The translations under genes were made by a program, and so were the position numbers. This document shows, piece by piece, positions 37,860 through 44,247 of a stretch of 44,247 nt of DNA (positions are counted from its first letter, which is position 1; each line of letters starts with the position of its first letter). The notes under the pieces are model-generated. The model had not been told where the DNA came from. It searched no databases and saw only the letters and a list, made by a program, of their open reading frames with translations. The stretch is from Chiloscyllium plagiosum (lineage: Eukaryota), in contig NC_057719.1 in NCBI RefSeq assembly GCF_004010195.1, positions 95,451,184 through 95,495,430 on the forward strand, written 5' to 3'.

Positions 37860-39030
37860 GAATCTTTCTTGTTGTGAAAAAGCACAGTGGATTGGTGTCT
37901 GATTGATACAGTAAGCTGGTTTTACTTTTCCAAGATTACTGCATAGCTGAATGAGTCACAGATCTGTGTAAGCTGTCCAGTTTAGTAAGGACTATTCTTG
38001 ATTTGATTCCTCATTTTCTACACTGCAATGTTGCAGTTAATTGTCATTTTTTTCTGGATTGAATTCTTCCCGATCCCTCGAGTTGGATGGTGGAAAGCTG
38101 GAGGAAGTTTTGTTTTGTCCACTTGTCGGTGTCTACAAGAACTGATAAACCTGCTGTGGTGTCTAACTCGAAATTTGTTTTGTGCCCATTTACTTTAATT
38201 TTATTAGCTCCAATAACTTCCCTTGCATTCTGCTTTTTGTCAGAGGAAAGTCATTTAATTGTTTATGGCGCTTTACCATCTTGCATGTTAACTTTTCCAT
38301 TTGTGTTTAAATAGCCACATTATGCCATTGCATTTAAATATTTTAAATATTTTTAAAATGCCTTGTCTTCCTCCAGGAATAGCACATTTTCCTTTCTTGT
38401 CGGATACTCTTCACACTGCTACAATCTATGTCCAACTCAGTGGGAACATTGCATCATGATGAATGGCATCTTGTTTCCCCGGCCTCAGCCTCATTCTATT
38501 TTCCATCTTCCACAAGCTGTCCTGTCTCTGCCAGTTTTCTCCGGGATGCGTCTGTTACCTCAAATATTTATTCTTATTTTCTTACCTCTTGCTGGCGTTT
38601 CTGATTACACTGTCTTTGTTATTAACAAATCTTCTCATTACTGTAAAAAAATCCAAAAGTTCTCTTCTAAGATTCTGATCAGACCATAATTAAATCATCT
38701 TTCACCTTTCATTTTCACATTTATCTGTTGTTCAATACAAACCACTAATGAAGGAATGTGTATTCTCTCCCAGGTTTTAAGTGCATTTGGAAAATGCTAC
38801 CCTTTCTCTAATTGTATTTTGTTGAAGCCTGAAATAAACATCAAAAGTCCCAATAATAAATTCATATATGATGGTTTTTCCACTTTTACATTGTCTCACC
38901 GAAACATTTCCATTGCGGCTAAATGCGTAGAGAAGGTTTCTGACCCAGTCCTTATTTAGTTTATCATCTAACTCCAAAGAGTTCCTATATCCTGCGTTGC
39001 CCCGGATGGCGCTGAGATTGTTAGAGCTGA
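37860..39030 (-). mobile_element. Decayed Ty3/Gypsy gag-protease remnant
   Basis: Minus strand: gag-like FDVYFRLQQNTIRERVAF, eroded zinc knuckle ending KMC, protease-like IKVNGHKTNFELDTTAGLSVL (LDTGA motif mutated). Confidence 0.7.
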
Positions 39031-39049
39031 ATACATTTATCTAGGAAGT

Positions 39050-39340
39050 CAGTCATAGTCATGACTTATACCTTGTTGATGGTGACATGCTTTGGGGGGG
39101 GGGGGGGGGGGTGGTGTCAGGAGATGAATTATTTGCTGCAGGATTTCTAGCCTCTGACGTATTCTCATTGCTACAATATTTATATGGTTGGTCCAGTTCA
39201 TTTTCCTGTCAGTGTGTTGGTGGTGGGGCATTATAGGACTGAATGCCAAGAGGCAATTACTGAATTCTCTCCAATGACTGCCATTTGTGATACAAACATT
39301 ACTTTTCACTTACCAGGCCAAATCTGAAGGTTACCTAGGT
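39050..39340 (-). mobile_element. Old non-LTR LINE RT fragment containing a poly-G run
   Basis: Minus strand TDRKMNWTNHINIVAMRIRQRLEIL; same family as 11590-11810. Confidence 0.65.
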
Positions 39341-40297
39341 CTTGCTGTTGTGCTTCATCACTATTTGTGTGGCCATGTATGATGTTGTAGTAGAGAGAGG
39401 GTTGTTGTTAAAACAGCTGACAATTTTGTTTCTTGAGGCTGTGGCTACGATAATGGACCTCCATCAATCACAATCATCATCTTTCTGCTTACAGCTGCTT
39501 TCCAACAGGTTCTGGATTATTTTTCTCTTTGTCTGCTCTATTTTATTGAAGCTCAACTTTAATTCCAATGCTGTTCTCCTTAACATTTCTCCTAATATCA
39601 GGCCAGTCACTTGCTGTCACCATCTGTTGAAATGGTGCTATGTCTGGGAAGAGTGTCTTTGATAGCGTCCAGTGAGATGATCTGAATCTAAGTTGTTGGT
39701 AAGATTACTTTTTCACTTTAACATAAGCACAAGCTACAACCAGAGTCAACATTGTCCAGAGTCAACTATCATGTGATCTCTTACATCACTACTGATGTGG
39801 GCTGGTTAATTACATATTGGACATTCACCTTTTACTCTACAGGAGGGAAGACAGTGAAACCAGCTTTATAAAGGAATGGGGCATGATCAGAGTCAGTGTG
39901 ACCAGAGGGAGCTATAAGGGAGAGGGTCTAGAGGGAGCACAGTCAGGTATTGAGAGGTGTAAAGGATTGGTCTGGGAGGGTCAGAGCAGTTTGAGATATA
40001 AAGGAGCAGCGCTGATGGACAGCACAGCAGTACTGAGGAGAATTGTAAAGACATGGGGCCGGGGGAAAAGCTGTTGAGACAGGAGAAAGTACAAAGGAGT
40101 GGCCTGCAACAGAGACAACTAGATTGGAAAGTGTTGGAAGGTGCAGGACTAGCAAAAGGATGACAGAGGAGGGAGCACGTAGAGTGCATAACAAGGCTGT
40201 TAACGATGGCAGCGGAAAATCAGCTCCACACAAGTGAATGAACAGCAACGAGCTTTATTAAATATAATATTATACAGAGGAAGAGTAGAGAAACTAC

Positions 40298-40479
40298 CTT
40301 ATCCAGTTCCCTACAGATCCAGGCTCCAAATCCAAAGCCACGATGATATTGCTCTTTTCCCACATGTTCAGTAGCTGTACTAAGAGTAAAGACTGAATTC
40401 CCTTTTCTTTACAGACAGAAAGCATGCCCAGAGGAGTGGGGTCTGCCTCTTCATGCCCCCAATTATATGTCACCTTGTT
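40298..40479 (-). CDS. Candidate internal coding exon, product unknown
   Basis: Acceptor catctccgttgcAG, donor AG|GTagtt, 182 nt open in one frame only (NKVTYNWGHEEADPTPLG...GSVGNWIR); no repeat family recognised. Confidence 0.3.
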
Positions 40480-40639
40480 CTGCAACGGAGATGTAATCAC
40501 ATAGAACATAGAACAAAGAATGTCTCAGCGCAGTACTAGACTTTCAGCCCTGAACGTTGCACAAATTTGTGAAATTAACCTGATGCCCATCTAACCTATA
40601 CCACTGCATTGTTACATCTGAGTTTTCAAAACAATATAC

Positions 40640-40805
40640 TCTTGTGTGGGAATCAGGCATCATTGCCTGGGTCATGTTTATGACCCATCCCTAATTGCCT
40701 TTCAGAAGGTGCGAGTGAATTGCTTTCTTGAATCACTGCAGCACATGGGACCCACAATGCTGCGAGGGAGGGAGTTTGGGGATTTTGACCCAGTGACAGT
40801 GAAGA
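40640..40805 (-). mobile_element. Old non-LTR LINE 3' tail
   Basis: Reverse complement resembles about 15170-15290. Confidence 0.55.
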
Positions 40806-41020
40806 TGTGGTGATTATAGTTCAGAGTTTCATTTGCAGCAGCAGCAGGAGAGGCAACAGCGAGAACCAGGGGGCTGCAGGGAAGGTAAACATCCCTCTTA
40901 GCTCGTGCATCAGCAGACTTCGTATTCAGCAGCAGAGGGAAAGGCAACAGCGAGGAGCTGAGTGGGAGTTGTTGAATTGCACTCTGGGAAGGCTATGAAC
41001 TGATATATTTGGGCAGCAGC

Positions 41021-41097
41021 TGGGTGGGTTGCTCTTTGGAGGGTCAGTGTGGACTTGTTGGGCTGAAGGGCCTGTTTCCACACAGTAGGGATTCTAA
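41021..41097 (+). mobile_element. V-SINE 3' fragment
   Basis: ggacttgttgggctgaagggcctgtttccacacagtagggattcta. Confidence 0.75.
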
Positions 41098-41289
41098 GGT
41101 AGACTATCAAGATCTGATAAAGTAAGGCTTTTCTATTTCTTCTGTATTGTGTATTTTGGTGAAAAATTTACTTTTGCTTTTTTCTTTATCTATTAATTGG
41201 TTATTTGAAAAAGACCATAGCAGAGAAGTATTAGAAGGTATTTAATTCATACTTTATTACTTTAAATAAATTTAAGGAACTAAGCAGAG

Positions 41290-41392
41290 ATGGCTTGGCA
41301 GGTAATGTGCTGTAGCTGTATGATGTGGGAGCTGGCTGACCCCATTGTGAACGGCAGCGACCACATCTGCAGCAAGTGTTGGTTGGTGGAGC
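41290..41392 (+). mobile_element. CR1 ORF1 N-terminal zinc-finger fragment
   Basis: MAWQVMCCSCMMWELADPIVNGSDHICSKCWLVE (CxxC...CxxC). Confidence 0.6.
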
Positions 41393-42884
41393 CTGGCCTG
41401 GTTTTATCTCTGTACCAAACCAGAGCGATTGAGGCCTGGCCTGGTTTTTTGCTTCTCTGAAAAAAATCAAGGACAGAGAATACTTGAGCCAAGGAACAGC
41501 TTACAGAAAAAAAGGGACCAGCTTTGTGACTCTACCCCCTTAAAAAAAATGAACCATCAAAATCAAAAGATGGCTTCATTTTAACCCTTCAAAACCCGGT
41601 TAGTAGTCTAAACACAATCACTATAAACATGCAAACATGCACAAGCGCATCCAAATTCAGGTTGGCACGGTTTATCGCCCCTCCGAAAAACATCAAAACA
41701 GAGTCTCGTCGAGCTACGGAACAGCTTTTAGGAAAAAAAAGGGACTAGCTTTGTGACAGTACGAGAGGAACTCAGCAATGAGACGTGGTAAAAGGTAACT
41801 TTAAATAAATAGTAATTATTGGGGGAGATGTGAAATGGGGCTGCCTTTTTGCTATTCCCCACAAAGTGCACAAACCTCCCCACCTGCGGATATTGAGGAC
41901 ACCGGTCATGTTTTAGACCTTCGTTATGTTGAAAGTCCAGTGCTTTACCAGCCACACACACTACTCCAGCAGCGGCTTTTACACATTTTTGTTGATTGAT
42001 AAATCCACGTTATAGTCACCCATTTTATATATGATCAATATTTTATTCCTGGAAATTCTTGTCAAACTTTCAGAAACACTGCAGAGCACTGAGCAATGTG
42101 CTATTAGCTCCAATCGCCTGACAGCTGGCAGCTTTTAATATGAGAACCCAACCAGTGGGACCACATGGAGAGTAGCAGAAAAAATGCACTCTAATTATTG
42201 GCAACAGGAAAGGATCAAATATCCGTTTTGTGGAGTGGCTGAACGTGGAATAGTATATTGTGAGAGAAACATAAAAGGAAGAAACGGACACTGGCAGGAA
42301 ACCATGATGACAGTAATGGCTTAGGAGGTCAGAGTAGGGAGTTCAAAGTCATGGGAAAATTCCAAAAATAAAGCCATCAATGCTTCCTCTCCATCATTCC
42401 ATGGTCTGCTCAGATTCTCAGAGATATGCTTATGTTTGTTGCCTGGGGATTTGAAACAACAAAAGGCTAGAAATTAAATAGTTCCTGGTTTTAAAATTCT
42501 TCATTAGAATGTGGGTTTCATTGACAATGCCAGCATTTGTTATTCATTCCCAAAATATTTAGCGACGCTCTGAACAGGTTTAGTAAGTGTCAAAACTATA
42601 TTGCTGAGGGTCTGGAGTCACATGTAAGTCAGACCAGATAAGAATGGCAGATAACCTCTCACATAAAGACCATTAGTGAACTACTTTGATTCTTATAACA
42701 ATTAGTGATAATTTCATAGGTCACCAAATTCCAGATTTTATTCATTAACTTCAAATTGCATCAGCTTCCATGGTGAGATTTGAACCCACTTCCTAAGAAT
42801 TCCAGCCTGTTGAATTTTCTTTTTTACCAATGCACTAATGGCCATTGGGAGGCTTATGATTGATGCCCTTTCTACAGCAAAAGA

Positions 42885-43378
42885 CAAATGGCAGTTATAG
42901 GGGATTCTACAATTAGGGGAATAGATAGTATCCTTTGAAAGCCGGGTCAGGAGTCCTGCATGGTGTGACGCCTGCCCGGTGCCGGATGCAGGACATCTCT
43001 GGCCGGCTTGAAAGGATATTGGAGCGGGAAGGGGATGATCCAGTTGTTGTGGTCCATGTCAGGACTAACAACATAGGCAAGGGTAGGATGGAGGACCCAT
43101 TTGCGGATTATCAAGGAACAAAACTAAGGAACAGGTCCACGAGGGTCATAATCTCCGGATCACTGTCCAATCTATGTGCAAATTGGCTAGGGATAAGAAA
43201 AATTAGGGAAGTAAACACACAGCTACGGGAGTGGTGTGGGAAAGAGGGGCTCCATTTCATGGGGCATTGGCATCAGTTTTGGAACTGGGGACATCTGTAC
43301 CAGTGAGACGGTCTCCACCTGAATCAATCTAGAACCAGTGTTCCAGCAAAAAGGATAAATGATCAATAGGACTTTAAT
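42885..43378 (+). mobile_element. CR1 ORF1 SGNH/GDSL esterase domain, disrupted
   Basis: VIGDSTIRGID, VVVVHVRTNNIG, RVIISG, N..LREWCGKEGLHF..HW, DGLHLN blocks, with stops and frameshifts. Confidence 0.85.
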
Positions 43379-43382
43379 CTTT

Positions 43383-44247
43383 TTGCAAGGATTGTGAAGG
43401 TTTGTAGCTCAGGTTGAGGTTTAGGGTGTAGGTTTGCTCGCTGAGCTGTAGGTTTGATATCCAGACGTTTCATTACCTGGCGAGGTATCATCATCAGTGG
43501 CGACCTCCAAGTGAAGCGAAGCTGTTGTCTCCTGCTTTCTATTTTCAAAATAGAGGAAGACGAAACAATGATCTCATTCGATGTAACAGCACTGTTCACC
43601 TCCATCAATATTGACCTGGCAAAGGAAACACTTACCACACTTTTAGAAGAGACCATCACACACACACCAACCACCGTCAATCACATTACCAACGAAAACA
43701 TCATGAAGCTAGTGGACCTGTGCCTCACCACCCACTTCACTTTCAGCAACATAGTCTATAAACAAAATAACAGCATACCCATGGGATCTCCGCTATCAGG
43801 ATTCATAGCAGAAGCGGTAACACAAAGACTAGAACAAACAGCCCTACCAACCATCAAACCAAAAATCTGGGTCCACTACGTAGATGACACCTTTGTCATT
43901 CACAAAATGAAACAAGATAGAAGAGACATTTAACATCATCAACAACACCCTCACAGGCATAAAGTTCACCAAGGAGGAAGAAACCGACAACAAACTCACA
44001 TTCCTGGACGTCACAGTCGAAAGAAAGGACAACGGAGACCTACAAACCTGTGTATAAAGAAAACCGACAAACACTGACCAAATACTTAACCACACCAGTA
44101 ACCATCCCAACACACACAAATAAGCTGTATCAGAACACTATTCCAACGAGCCACCACACACTGCAGCACAGGTGAACTTCGGAAAACAGAGGAGAACCAC
44201 CTATACAACGTATTCAAGAAGAACGGATATTCAAAAAATACAGTCTG
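43383..44247 (+). mobile_element. 5'-truncated Penelope/Poseidon-like element with an inverted terminal repeat at its 5' end; runs off the window
   Basis: MISFDVTALFTSI, PMGSPLSG, WVHYVDDTFVI, FLDV, NGY motifs; 43383-43540 resembles the reverse complement of the PLE 3' end at 24950-25047. Confidence 0.92.
43461..43500 (-). ncRNA. Minimal type I hammerhead ribozyme motif
   Basis: Minus strand: CCA-CUGAUGA-UGAUACC-UCGCCA-GGUAAU-GAAA-CG-UC-UGG; intact core, GUC site, ACGU palindrome, helix I CCA/UGG. Confidence 0.8.

Noticed and set aside
40298..40340. PR/SET-domain exon suggested by GNWIR at a phase-2 donor
   Set aside because: The rest of the peptide does not resemble any PRDM or SET domain I recall, and no next exon with YVN/FIN motifs was seen
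42935..43306. Host GDSL lipase gene
   Set aside because: Intronless, disrupted by stops and frameshifts, and fits the CR1 ORF1 esterase

Overview
Vertebrate nuclear DNA, most likely a shark (inferred from V-SINE/HE1-type SINEs and the CR1 and Penelope-type repeats). It looks intronic or intergenic, with no confidently identifiable host gene. Contents: a ~6.7-kb 22/24-bp minisatellite (which explains all long ORFs in 331-7100), two assembly gaps, many decayed retroelements (CR1, L2-like, RTE, Gypsy, tRNA/V-SINEs) and three Penelope-like element (PLE) insertions. The most notable pattern, invisible in the ORF track, is about ten minimal hammerhead-ribozyme motifs (CUGANGA...GAAA-NN-UH) from several families. 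Some lie in PLE terminal repeats and some in short non-coding units that often form inverted dimers. One PLE has a clear 14-bp target-site duplication. A few weak minus-strand exon candidates are noted. Family names come from recalled motifs, not database searches.
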